Positions 38,608 to 48,303 of a stretch of 64,000 nt of DNA are shown here, piece after piece. Source of the stretch: an uncultured Gammaproteobacteria bacterium (GTDB lineage Bacteria; Pseudomonadota; Gammaproteobacteria; DRLM01). The stretch covers positions 160,001 to 224,000 of the forward strand of contig CAVSNY010000005.1 of NCBI GenBank assembly GCA_963729605.1, written 5' to 3'. The stretch's first letter is position 1; each line of letters opens with the position of its first letter. The notes beneath the pieces are model-generated. The model saw only the letters and a list, made by a program, of their open reading frames with translations, ran no database searches and was not told the DNA's origin. Made by a program: the position numbers and the translations under genes.

Positions 38608-41600
38608 TCAGCCATAAATGACCCGCACTTTGTCCGCGCCGGCCAATTCCTTCAAACGGTGAATCAGGGCGTCGCTGGGCCGCACCCGCCATTCGGGCCC
38701 CAGCACCAGCCGCGCCCGCGCACCGTCGCCGGCATAGTCCAGCCACACCGGGCAACGCCCTTCGCGGAACGGTTCCAGCACCTGCGCCAGCGAGTGCGGA
38801 AAGCCGTTGCCCGCCTGCGCCGCGCTCACGCCGATCTCGACCCGGCGGGCGTATTGTTCGCGAGCCTCGTCGATGTCGAAGATGCGCTCGGCGCTCATTT
38901 TGAAGCCGCCGGAATATTCATCGACGCTGACCGTTCCTTCCACCACCAGCAATTTGTCTTTCACCAGATAGTTCCGAAAGCGGTTGTAGGCTTCTGAGAA
39001 CACAGCGAGTTCGATACGGCCGCTGCGGTCATCAAGAATCACGAAGGCCATGCGGTCGCCGCGTTTACTGACCCGCGCGCGTATCCCCACCACCAGCCCG
39101 GCGATCACCACGGTCTGATCCCGTTCCGGCTTGAGCGAGGCGATCCGGGTCTTCACAAACTGGGCGAGCTCCTGCTCGTACTGCTCGATGGGATGGCCGG
39201 TTAAATACAGGCCGAGGGTGTCCTTCTCCCCGTCCAGGCGCTGCTGGTCGCTCCACTCGGGGGCGTCGACGAAACGCACCGCGGAATGATCGGTGGTGCT
39301 GGCGGCGGCGTGGCCGAACAAATCGTCCTGGCCGGTGGCGGAATCGCGGCCGTGTTGTTCGGCGGCCTGCAAAGCCGCGGTGAGCGAGGCCATCAGCACG
39401 GCGCGGCGCGGGCCGAGGCTATCGAGCGCGCCGGCGCGGATCAGCGCCTCCAATACCCGGCGATTGACCCGGCGTTGGTCGATGCGCCTGCAAAAATCGA
39501 ACAGGTCTTTATAGGGCCCGTTGCGCTCGCGCTCTTCCACCATATTGTCGGTGGCGGCGGTGCCCACGCCCTTGATGGCGCCGAGGCCGTAATAAATGGC
39601 CCGGTCGTCTTTCACGGTGAAACTGGTGCTGCACAGATTGACGTCAGGCGGCAGGATGGCCAGCTTCATGTGGCGCGCCTCGTCGATGAAGGTCACCACC
39701 TTGTCGGTGTGATGCATGTCCGCCGACATCACCGCCGCCATGAACGCCGCCGGATAATGCGCCTTCAGCCAGGCGGTCTGGTACGACACCAGCGCGTAGG
39801 CCGCCGAGTGGGATTTATTGAAACCGTACTCGGCGAATTTTTCCATCAAATCAAAGATCGGTGTCGCGATCTTCGCGTCGATACCGCGCTCCCGCGCCCC
39901 GCTGGTGAAGATGTCGCGCTGCTTGGCCATCTCCTCCGGCTTCTTCTTGCCCATGGCGCGGCGGAGCAGGTCGGCGGCGCCGAGGGTGTAGCCGGCCAGC
40001 ACCTGGGCGATCTGCATCACCTGTTCCTGGTAGACGATGACGCCGTAGGTCGGCTTGAGGATGGGCTCGAGCAAAGGGTGCGGGTAGGTGATCTTGGCCT
40101 TGCCCTTTTTGCGCATGATGAAGTCGTCCACCATGCCCGATTGCAGCGGGCCCGGCCGGAACAGCGCCACCAGCGCCACGATGTCCTCGAAGCAGTCGGG
40201 CTGCAGACGCTTGACCAAATCCTTCATGCCCTGCGATTCGAGCTGGAACACCGCGGTGGTCGCGCAGCTTTTCAATAAATCGAAAGTGGGCTTGTCATCC
40301 AAGGGGATGAAGGCGATATCTAAAGGCGATTCGCCGCCGGCGCGGCGCTGACGGTTGATGATCTTCACCGCCCAATCGATGATGGTGAGGGTGCGCAGGC
40401 CGAGGAAGTCGAACTTCACCAGGCCCACCGCCTCGACGTCGTCCTTGTCGAACTGGGTCACCGTGCCGTCACCGCCGGACTCGCAGAACAGCGGCGTGAA
40501 ATCGGTGAGCGCGGTAGGCGCGATCACCACCCCGCCCGCGTGTTTGCCCGCATTGCGGGCCATGCCCTCCAGCTTGCGGGCGAGGTCGATGAGCTCGCGC
40601 ACATCGTCCTCCTGCTCGTAACGGCCACGCAATTGCTCTTCTTGGGCGAGCGCCTTTTCGAGGGTGATGCCCAGCTCGAAGGGGATCAATTTAGCGATCT
40701 GGTCGACGAAACCGTAGGGATAACCCAGCACCCGGCCGACGTCGCGCACCACCGCCTTGGCCGCCATCGAGCCGTAGGTGATGATCTGCGACACCCGCTC
40801 GCGGCCGTAGCGCTGCACCACATAGTCGATCACCCGGTCGCGGCCGTCCATGCAGAAGTCCACGTCGAAGTCGGGCATGGAGACGCGCTCAGGATTCAAG
40901 AAGCGCTCGAACAATAGGTCATAACGTATTGGATCCAGATCGGTAATATCCAGCGCGTACGCCACCAGCGAACCCGCCCCCGAGCCGCGGCCCGGCCCCA
41001 CCGGCACGTCGTTGTTCTTCGCCCAGCGGATGAAATCGGCGACGATCAAAAAATAACCGGGGAACCCCATCTGGATGATGACGCCGAGTTCCAGCTCCAA
41101 CCGTTCGTCGTAGGGTTTGCGTTTCTCGGCGAAGTCGGCGGGTAAATAATTTGCCGCGCCCTCCGCGCCGATCTCTCTCACGCCGATGGCCAGGCCCTCA
41201 CCCCGACCCTCTCCCGCCTGCGGGAGAGGGGGACCCGGCAACGATTCTTTCGCTCCGAACAATACCCGCAACCGCCGCTCCAATCCCTCGCGCGCCTGCT
41301 GGCGGAAGTATTCGTCGGTGGTCATGCCCGCCGGTATCGGAAATTCCGGCAGCACCGCCTCGCCGAGGGTCAACTTCAGATTGCAGCGGCGGGCGATCTC
41401 GACGCTGTTCTCCAGCGCCTCGGGCAGGTCGGCGAACAGCTCCGCCATCTCCTGCGGCGTGCGCAGGTATTGCTGCTCGGAATACAACCGCGGCCGGCGC
41501 GGATCGTCGAGGGTGCGGCCGTCGTGGATACAGACCCGCGCCTCGTGGGCGTCGTAGTCCTCGCGCCTTAAAAAATGCACGTCGTTGGTGGCGACCAGCG

Positions 41601-42177
41601 GCACGCCCTCGGCGGCGGCCAAGGCCACCGCCTCGTGGAGATACTCCTCGTCCTGCGGCCGGCCGGTGCGCTGCACCTCCAGATAAAAGCGCTCGGGGAA
41701 CAGCGTCATCCAATCCGCCAGGGCGGCCTCGGCGGCGGCGCGGTTGCCCGCCAGCAAGGCCTGCCCGACGTCCGCCGATTTGCCGGCGAGGGCGATCAGA
41801 CCCGCGCTGGCGCCGCTCAGCCAGGCCTTGCGGATCATCGGCACGCCGCGCTCCTGGCCTTCGATGTAACTGCGCGTGATCAGGCGGGTGAGGTTGAGAT
41901 AACCCTCGCGATTCTGGCAGAGCAGCACCAGCCGGGTGGGCTGATTGGAGTCCGCGTCGTTGTGCTGCCACAGATCGACGCCGATGATCGGCTTCACCCC
42001 GCCGGCCAGCGCCGCCTTGTAAAACTTCACCATGGCGAACAGATTGCCCTGGTCGGTGACCGCCACCGCCGGCACGCCCGCCGTCGCGCAGGCGTTCACC
42101 AGCGGCTTGACGCGCACCACGCCGTTGACCAGGGAATATTCCGTGTGTACTCGAAGATGGACGAAGCCGGGATTCAT
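38608..42177 (-). CDS. dnaE: DNA polymerase III alpha subunit (with a REP-containing in-frame insertion)
   Basis: FVHLRVHTEYS PHP domain, GPGRGSGAGS, FERFLNPERVSMPDFDVDF, KFDFLGL, FNKSHS, C-terminal OB fold. Confidence 0.97.
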   Translation of the reverse strand: MNPGFVHLRVHTEYSLVNGVVRVKPLVNACATAGVPAVAVTDQGNLFAMVKFYKAALAGGVKPIIGVDLWQHNDADSNQPTRLVLLCQNREGYLNLTRLITRSYIEGQERGVPMIRKAWLSGASAGLIALAGKSADVGQALLAGNRAAAEAALADWMTLFPERFYLEVQRTGRPQDEEYLHEAVALAAAEGVPLVATNDVHFLRREDYDAHEARVCIHDGRTLDDPRRPRLYSEQQYLRTPQEMAELFADLPEALENSVEIARRCNLKLTLGEAVLPEFPIPAGMTTDEYFRQQAREGLERRLRVLFGAKESLPGPPLPQAGEGRGEGLAIGVREIGAEGAANYLPADFAEKRKPYDERLELELGVIIQMGFPGYFLIVADFIRWAKNNDVPVGPGRGSGAGSLVAYALDITDLDPIRYDLLFERFLNPERVSMPDFDVDFCMDGRDRVIDYVVQRYGRERVSQIITYGSMAAKAVVRDVGRVLGYPYGFVDQIAKLIPFELGITLEKALAQEEQLRGRYEQEDDVRELIDLARKLEGMARNAGKHAGGVVIAPTALTDFTPLFCESGGDGTVTQFDKDDVEAVGLVKFDFLGLRTLTIIDWAVKIINRQRRAGGESPLDIAFIPLDDKPTFDLLKSCATTAVFQLESQGMKDLVKRLQPDCFEDIVALVALFRPGPLQSGMVDDFIMRKKGKAKITYPHPLLEPILKPTYGVIVYQEQVMQIAQVLAGYTLGAADLLRRAMGKKKPEEMAKQRDIFTSGARERGIDAKIATPIFDLMEKFAEYGFNKSHSAAYALVSYQTAWLKAHYPAAFMAAVMSADMHHTDKVVTFIDEARHMKLAILPPDVNLCSTSFTVKDDRAIYYGLGAIKGVGTAATDNMVEERERNGPYKDLFDFCRRIDQRRVNRRVLEALIRAGALDSLGPRRAVLMASLTAALQAAEQHGRDSATGQDDLFGHAAASTTDHSAVRFVDAPEWSDQQRLDGEKDTLGLYLTGHPIEQYEQELAQFVKTRIASLKPERDQTVVIAGLVVGIRARVSKRGDRMAFVILDDRSGRIELAVFSEAYNRFRNYLVKDKLLVVEGTVSVDEYSGGFKMSAERIFDIDEAREQYARRVEIGVSAAQAGNGFPHSLAQVLEPFREGRCPVWLDYAGDGARARLVLGPEWRVRPSDALIHRLKELAGADKVRVIYG
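41195..41232. repeat. REP-like palindrome inside the dnaE coding sequence
   Basis: ccctcaccccgaccctctcccgcctgcgggagagggg matches the intergenic copies at ~14167, ~14255 and ~19107. Confidence 0.85.
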
Positions 42178-42394
42178 GGCGGCTATTCTAGCCCAGCCCT
42201 CCCCGCGCCGCGACGTTGACAAGCGGCGATTCGGCGCGGCGGATGCGTATGACACGTCATCAGCCCGCGCGGGCGTGCATCCGCCGGTCTAGGGGGGCGC
42301 GGGTACGTCCACGGCCGGCGCAAACGCGGGCCGATCACCCTCCCCCCGGCAAGCGGACTCGCCATCGCGGCCCGCGCTCGGCGACGGCGGGGAT

Positions 42395-43306
42395 TCAAGC
42401 CAAGCGGGGATAAGTCAAAAACAAAAAATGAAAGGTATTGAGCAGAAAATGCAGCAGCAGCGCGGCCTCGACCCGGCCGGTCTTCATGTACACCCAGCCG
42501 TAACCCAGCCCCGCGACGGTGGCGAGCAGCACCATGTCCGGCCCGGCCGCGGCATGCGCGATGCCGAACAAACCGGAGGCGATCAGCCACGCGGTCACCG
42601 CGCCGTATTTGAACGGCGCCAGCCACGCCGTGAGGCGACCTTGCAACAAGGCCCGGAAAAAGGCCTCTTCGGCCATGCAGGTGAACAACAGATTTCCCGC
42701 CGCCCAAATAAAAAACACGGGGGACCACTTCGGATCAAAACGCGTATACCCCAGCGCGACGGACGACGCGGCCACTGCGGCGATAACGACCGGCGCCGCG
42801 ATCAACAGCGGCCGCCGCAAGGCCGCCCACTCGGCGCGGGTGCGGATCAAGCGCACGCCAAAACCCAGGATCAATACTCCGACGGCCACCTTGCCGTAAT
42901 TCAGCGACAGGGAATAAGGCAGGGCATCGGCGCTGAGCTGGAGGTCTCGGTATAACACCACCTTCTCGAAGCCGGGCAAGAAGCCGGTGGCCGCACCGAC
43001 GGCGATGACGGAAAATCCGCCCGTCAAGACGAACTGCAATAACAGCGTGCTCCGCGACGGCAGGCTGGAAAGAGGACCGGGCCGCTCGAAACAATCCAAA
43101 CCGTACACACAAAACGCGGCGATGCCGATCCACAGCAAACCCAGCGCGGACACCACGCCGGCGAACGCGGCGCACATCAGCGAGGCGGCCAATAGATACG
43201 ACCACGCGGACGGCACGCGCGGCAGCCACAGGCTGACGACACCGGCCGCCAAGAGTAAATGGGCGACGAGAACGGGCAAATCCAATTCGAGGTGGGGCGG
43301 GTTCAT
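42395..43306 (-). CDS. CPBP (CAAX/Abi) family intramembrane metalloprotease
   Basis: EEAFFR, FGIAH, H...N motifs; multiple TM helices. Confidence 0.88.
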   Translation of the reverse strand: MNPPHLELDLPVLVAHLLLAAGVVSLWLPRVPSAWSYLLAASLMCAAFAGVVSALGLLWIGIAAFCVYGLDCFERPGPLSSLPSRSTLLLQFVLTGGFSVIAVGAATGFLPGFEKVVLYRDLQLSADALPYSLSLNYGKVAVGVLILGFGVRLIRTRAEWAALRRPLLIAAPVVIAAVAASSVALGYTRFDPKWSPVFFIWAAGNLLFTCMAEEAFFRALLQGRLTAWLAPFKYGAVTAWLIASGLFGIAHAAAGPDMVLLATVAGLGYGWVYMKTGRVEAALLLHFLLNTFHFLFLTYPRLA

Positions 43307-43379
43307 GGGAATCGCGCGATGGTATCAGCAAACGCCGGCCGCCTCTCGAGGAGATCGCGGCATTATAAAGAAAACCGAT

Positions 43380-43535
43380 TTAAGGAACCTCTGATTCATT
43401 CAGAGGTTCCCGCGGCACACCGATGTGCCGCCATTTTCAATGGAGTCAGCCATTGAAAATGGCGGAAGCGAAAATCCCATTTCCGCTGCCCGCGCCCTGA
43501 AAATTCCAGGATGGAATTATTCAGCGCTTTCTTGA
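43380..43535. mobile_element. Short MITE-like element (family shared with 17989-18124, opposite orientation)
   Basis: TIR-like aaggaacctctgattcattc / gaattattcagcgctttctt; internal palindrome ccgccattttcaatgg...ccattgaaaatggcgg. Confidence 0.6.
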
Positions 43536-43602
43536 GTCCCGGCGACCGGTCTCAGCGCATTCGTCAGCGCCGTCGGACAACGGATCCGGCGCGTGCCTGG
43601 TA

Positions 43603-44175
43603 TTACTCCAGCAGCCGCCGCACCGGACCGAATGTCCGCCGATGCACCGGCGTGACGCCCAGCAGTTCCAGCGCGGCGACGTGATCCTTGGTGGGATAAC
43701 CCTTGTGGCGGGCGAAGCCGTAACCGGGATAGTGGTTTTCCATGACTATCAGCTCGCGGTCGCGCGCGACCTTGGCGAGTATGGACGCGGCGGAAATCGC
43801 CGGCACGGTTTCGTCGCCCTTGATGACGGCTTCGGCGCGGCACGGCAACTCGGGACAACGATTGCCGTCGACCAATACCAGCACCGGCGCGCAATGCAAG
43901 GCCAGCACCGCGCGCCGCATGGCGAGCATGCTGGCCCATAAAATATTCAAGGTATCGATTTCATCCACTTCGGCGCGCGCCACCGCCCAGGCCCAGGCCT
44001 TGCTTTTGATTTCCTCCTCCAGGACGTCGCGCTGCCGTTCGCTGAGTTGTTTGGAATCGGCCAAGCCGGCGATGGGCCGCGCCGGATCGAGTATCACCGC
44101 CGCCGCCATCACCGGTCCGGCCAGCGGGCCGCGCCCGGCCTCGTCCACCCCCGCGATCAAAAACTCATCTGTCAT
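43603..44175 (-). CDS. rnhB: Ribonuclease HII
   Basis: [44 protein letters not shown]. Confidence 0.97.
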   Translation of the reverse strand: MTDEFLIAGVDEAGRGPLAGPVMAAAVILDPARPIAGLADSKQLSERQRDVLEEEIKSKAWAWAVARAEVDEIDTLNILWASMLAMRRAVLALHCAPVLVLVDGNRCPELPCRAEAVIKGDETVPAISAASILAKVARDRELIVMENHYPGYGFARHKGYPTKDHVAALELLGVTPVHRRTFGPVRRLLE

Positions 44176-44300
44176 TGTTATGGTCTCCCTGCTGCGCATA
44201 GGCTAGCCGCTACGCGGCGCGGACACCAGACTTTCCTCGCGTGCGCCCACCGACCCCGCGCGACTTGACGCCGATCGGCCGGGCCGTCACCCTGTGCGGC

Positions 44301-44861
44301 ATGTCGCGAATCCGGCTCATACATGGCGCGTATCTACTGTTATTACTGATCGGCATCGGCCCGGCCCGCGCCGATGAAATCCGCCGACTCGACGTGAGCC
44401 ACGACGCCGGCCGCTACACCGTGCGTTTCGAGGTGATGCTGGACGCGGCGGTGGACCGGGCCCTGCCCCTGATGACGGATCCCGCCCATTGGCCGCGGCT
44501 GTCGGACATCATCACCGAGAGTCATGTGTTGGCCGAGTTGCCCGACGGCAAAAAAAAGGTCGGCGTGAAATTCGAAGGCTGCATCTTGTTCATCTGCAGA
44601 ACCCTGGTCAAGACCGAGCTTTTGGAGCGACTGCCCACCGGGGAAATTACCACCCTCGCCCTGCCCGATCAGAGTGATTTTCTCTACGCCCGCGAAGTGT
44701 GGCGGATCACCGGCGACGATACGCACACCCGCGTGGAATACCAGGCCGAACTGGTGCCCGACTTCTTCGTGCCGCCGCTGATCGGGCCTTATCTCTTGCA
44801 GAAAAAAATCCGATCGCTGCTCACTCAAACCGCGCACAATCTCGAACGGCTCGCCCGGTAA
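44301..44861 (+). CDS. Exported SRPBCC/START-like protein
   Basis: Signal peptide (PARA); D...W.RL.. and PDFFVPPLIGP patterns; family tentative. Confidence 0.6.
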   Translation: MSRIRLIHGAYLLLLLIGIGPARADEIRRLDVSHDAGRYTVRFEVMLDAAVDRALPLMTDPAHWPRLSDIITESHVLAELPDGKKKVGVKFEGCILFICRTLVKTELLERLPTGEITTLALPDQSDFLYAREVWRITGDDTHTRVEYQAELVPDFFVPPLIGPYLLQKKIRSLLTQTAHNLERLAR

Positions 44862-45010
44862 CACCGCCGTGAATTATCGTGCGCCACGAGGGACGATGAT
44901 TCTTGTGGCGGCCGGGAATTTTTTACTTTATATTTCGGCGCAACGCGTTTGGGGACGCCATGCGGCGCAAGCCGCGCAGGAACAATTGATTATTATAAGG
45001 AGTGACGGCC

Positions 45011-45220
45011 ATGCCAAAATCAGCGAACGACGAGGGTCTTGTTTCCGTAGAGGACTTTGCCGAGGGTGAGACTTGGAGTGATGGCAACGCCGAAACCGGC
45101 GGCACGCAAAAACCCGCCACGGCAGCGCGCTACACACCGAAATGGCGCAATATCGAACAGTACTGGGAAGAAAAACGCCTGCGTGAACAGCTCAAGGACG
45201 AGTTGCTCGACGGCGCCTGA
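45011..45220 (+). CDS. Small hypothetical protein (DUF3545-like C-terminal helix)
   Basis: AAGGAG RBS; acidic N-terminus; KWRNIEQYWEEKRLREQLKD. Confidence 0.6.
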   Translation: MPKSANDEGLVSVEDFAEGETWSDGNAETGGTQKPATAARYTPKWRNIEQYWEEKRLREQLKDELLDGA

Positions 45221-45471
45221 TCTCAGCTGGCATTCGAGACACGAAATGGCGTTTGATCCATTCAGAGATCGCGGCATACGGAGACACCGCCATCGTCGAT
45301 GGCCGCCGGCGATTGAAGATGAAGGGCGGCGAACTGGCGTGTTCCGTTTTCCGCTCTCCTGAGGTTCAGCAGGGAATTTTTCAGGATATAGCTATGCAGC
45401 CTCTCCCCCTCGGAGAGGCTGCATCCAAGCCTCAAACACGGCGCCGGATTATCGAAAGCGGCCGGACATCT

Positions 45472-46956
45472 TCAAGGCATCCCCGCCACATATCCCATCG
45501 GCAGCTCCACGCGGCGCACGAACTCCTCGATGATGGTTTGATACAGCATGTCGCCCAGGCAGGCGTCTTCGACCCCGGTCTCCAGGTTGGGATTGTCGTT
45601 CACCTCGATGACGTACAACTGATCGCCGAACTGTTTCATATCGACGCCGTAGAAACCGCTGCCGATCGCGTTGGCCGCCTTCAGCGCCACCTCGACGATC
45701 TTGCCCGGCACCTGTTCGATGGGCCAGGCCTTGAAGGCGCCTTGGGTGAAATTGCCCGATGAATCGTGCTTGACGATCTGCCAATGCTTGGGCGGCATGA
45801 AGTATTGACAGGCGAATAGCGGCTTGCGGTTGAGGATGCCGATACGCCAATCGAATTCGGTATAAACGAATTCCTGCACCAGGATCAGATCGGATTCCTT
45901 GAACAGCCGTTCGGCGATGTCGTTGGCGTCTTTTTCGTTCTCGGCCTTGAACACCCCGCGCGAAAACGAACCGTCGGGGATCTTGATCACCAGCGGATAA
46001 GGCATCTGTCCTTCCAGAGGTTTGGTGTTGCCTTTGCGCAGGATCACCGTCTTCGGCACCGGAATATTGTGGGCCTTCATCACCTCGGTGAGAAACACCT
46101 TGTTGGTACATTTCAGTATCGAGTCCGGATCGTCGATCACCACCATGCCTTCGCTCTCGGCCTTTTTCGCGAAGTGATAGGTGTAATGATCGACCTGGGT
46201 GGTCTCGCGGATGAACAGCGCGTCGTATTCGGCGAGTTTGGCGTAATCCTTCTTCTCGATCAGGTCCACGTCGACATTGAGGCGTTTGCCGATCTTGATG
46301 AACTTCTTCAACGCCGCGGCGTTGGAAGGCGGCAGCCTCTCGTTGGGATTGTGCAGTATCGCCAGATCGCAGCGCGACATCTTGAAGGCGCGCGGCATGC
46401 GCCAGCGCCGCCCGAGGTGGGCGCTCAAGGTATCGACGAAAAAGGTTTGCTGCTCGGCGGTGATGTTGCTGAGCGACAGCGGTTTGATCGACGATATCTG
46501 CCAGGTATCGCGCCGTTTCAGCTCCACCCGCAGCAGCGGGCAGGGAAACTGATCGAAGATTTGGCGCGCCACGTCTTGCAGATAGGCGAATTCACCCTGG
46601 CCGAAAAAGATGTGGAACTGGAAGGTGCTCCCGGCCGGATCGGTGCGCTTCGCCAGAATCTTCTGCACCCGGTCGTCGAGGTCTTCGAGATTGAGGCTGT
46701 ACACCGCCTTGCTGCTGAGGTCGCTCAAGGTCTTGACGCTGGGAATCACCCGGTGCCAGCGCGCCTCGGCCAGCAGGGAACAGTAATAGCCCAAACTCAG
46801 GTAGCGGTAGCTGCGGCAGAGGTTGATGACTTTTTCGTGCTTGGACTTGAGATACTCGGGATTGGCGATATATTCCTTGGCCTCGATGATATTGGCCTCG
46901 GGAAAATGCGGTTCCCAATCTTTGCGGTTTTCTACGACGATGGTATGGGTTGACAT
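45472..46956 (-). CDS. RimK-family ATP-grasp ligase with N-terminal RLAN domain
   Basis: INLCRSYRYLSLGYYCSLLAEAR (RLAN); CTNKV, KIPDGSFSRGV, QEF..T.FDWRI, YGVD, VIEVNDNP. Confidence 0.9.
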   Translation of the reverse strand: MSTHTIVVENRKDWEPHFPEANIIEAKEYIANPEYLKSKHEKVINLCRSYRYLSLGYYCSLLAEARWHRVIPSVKTLSDLSSKAVYSLNLEDLDDRVQKILAKRTDPAGSTFQFHIFFGQGEFAYLQDVARQIFDQFPCPLLRVELKRRDTWQISSIKPLSLSNITAEQQTFFVDTLSAHLGRRWRMPRAFKMSRCDLAILHNPNERLPPSNAAALKKFIKIGKRLNVDVDLIEKKDYAKLAEYDALFIRETTQVDHYTYHFAKKAESEGMVVIDDPDSILKCTNKVFLTEVMKAHNIPVPKTVILRKGNTKPLEGQMPYPLVIKIPDGSFSRGVFKAENEKDANDIAERLFKESDLILVQEFVYTEFDWRIGILNRKPLFACQYFMPPKHWQIVKHDSSGNFTQGAFKAWPIEQVPGKIVEVALKAANAIGSGFYGVDMKQFGDQLYVIEVNDNPNLETGVEDACLGDMLYQTIIEEFVRRVELPMGYVAGMP

Positions 46957-46986
46957 TGGATTTCCGGTCTATCCTCGCTGCTTTTT

Positions 46987-48162
46987 TTAGCGACTGCCCG
47001 CACGGGTCGGTTTCTGTCCTTGTACCGCCCGCGTCGGCGTTAATTTTTCCAATACGCCTTTTGGTGTCTCGACGCGCCGTTTCAAAATCAGCACGGCCTT
47101 TTGCCCGGCCTTGCCGTAGCGCGCCATGCGCTCGAAATCTTTGCGCAGGATGGGCATATCCACGCAATCGGTGATGGTCTTGCCGACTTCTTTATCGACG
47201 AAGGGATCGTGGACGTAGATGAAGCGCTCGTCGAAGCCGGTGACCACCACCCAGTGGGGGAATTTCTCGTGATAAATGCGATAGGAGCTGATCAGCACGA
47301 TGGGAATGCCGCCCTGCTCGAACTGCTGCTGCAAGGCAACCACGCCGATCACGCCGTAGTGGATTTTCACCGGCACGCTGCGCAACTCGTTGACGAAATC
47401 CTCCTGCACCAGCCGCATCACTTCCTTCTTTTCCTGGCTGCGCACCGAGTCGACGAACAGGGCGCGTTCGTCGTTGACGAACACCTCCACGTCGAAGCCG
47501 CGGTGATAGGCGGACAAGGCCAGGCCGTAAGGTCCGCAGCCGCCGTGGCCCGAGGTCATGAAGATGGTGGTGGACTCGCGCCAGATCCGCAGCTCCAGCA
47601 TGCGATCCAGCACGATGCTGGGATCGAGGGCCTTCATCGCCATCAGCAAGGCGGACGGGCCGCAGGTGAAATCGAGGGTCTGTTCGTAGAACGGCACCCG
47701 CGCCATGGCCGGCGCCAGCTCCTGGGTCAGCGATTTCTCGAAGCGCACCGCGTCCATGTGGTCTTCGTAATAATCGGAATAGAGACCGAATTCACGATAG
47801 CCGTGGCGTTTGAACAAGGCGATCGACGCCACGTTGTCCTTACGAATTTCCAGGCGCAGCGTCACGCAGTCGTTGCGGGTGGCCTCCTCTTCGGAGGCGC
47901 GCACCAGAGCACCGGCCACGCCTTGGCGCTGAAAGTCGGGATCGACCGCCAGTGAATACAAACGGGCCAGCGAGGTGCCGGTGTTGAACAGCAACATGGA
48001 ATAACCGCGCATCACGCCGTCTTCCACGTCCACCACGGTTTCGGAATTACCCTTGGTCAACAGATAACGGAAATTGCGCCGCGACAGACGGTCGGTGTCG
48101 AAACAACGGTTCTCGATCCTGACCAGTTCCTCAAGATCATCCAGTGTGGCGTGGCGTATCAT
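46987..48162 (-). CDS. GNAT acetyltransferase (RimI-like) fused to a C39-like peptidase (DUF3335)
   Basis: LYSLAVDP..QRQGVA, LRLEIRKDN..IALF...GY (GNAT); QT.DFTCGP...HWVVVTGFD (Q-C-H-D). Confidence 0.88.
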   Translation of the reverse strand: MIRHATLDDLEELVRIENRCFDTDRLSRRNFRYLLTKGNSETVVDVEDGVMRGYSMLLFNTGTSLARLYSLAVDPDFQRQGVAGALVRASEEEATRNDCVTLRLEIRKDNVASIALFKRHGYREFGLYSDYYEDHMDAVRFEKSLTQELAPAMARVPFYEQTLDFTCGPSALLMAMKALDPSIVLDRMLELRIWRESTTIFMTSGHGGCGPYGLALSAYHRGFDVEVFVNDERALFVDSVRSQEKKEVMRLVQEDFVNELRSVPVKIHYGVIGVVALQQQFEQGGIPIVLISSYRIYHEKFPHWVVVTGFDERFIYVHDPFVDKEVGKTITDCVDMPILRKDFERMARYGKAGQKAVLILKRRVETPKGVLEKLTPTRAVQGQKPTRAGSR

Positions 48163-48303
48163 GGCGCCTATCCTATCACGGGGCGGGCGCCTACTAAAAA
48201 GGCAAATGGCGCGCAGCCGGCCGGTCCGCAGCGTCGCTTACAAGGCCATTAATTTCTTGCGATAACAGCGGTACACTAGCCGGCGGGACGAGGGAGGACC
48301 GCC

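Noticed and set aside
41120-41257. Intein or intron in dnaE
   Set aside because: The insert is only ~36 aa, lacks Cys/Ser start and His-Asn end, and has no intron-sized structure
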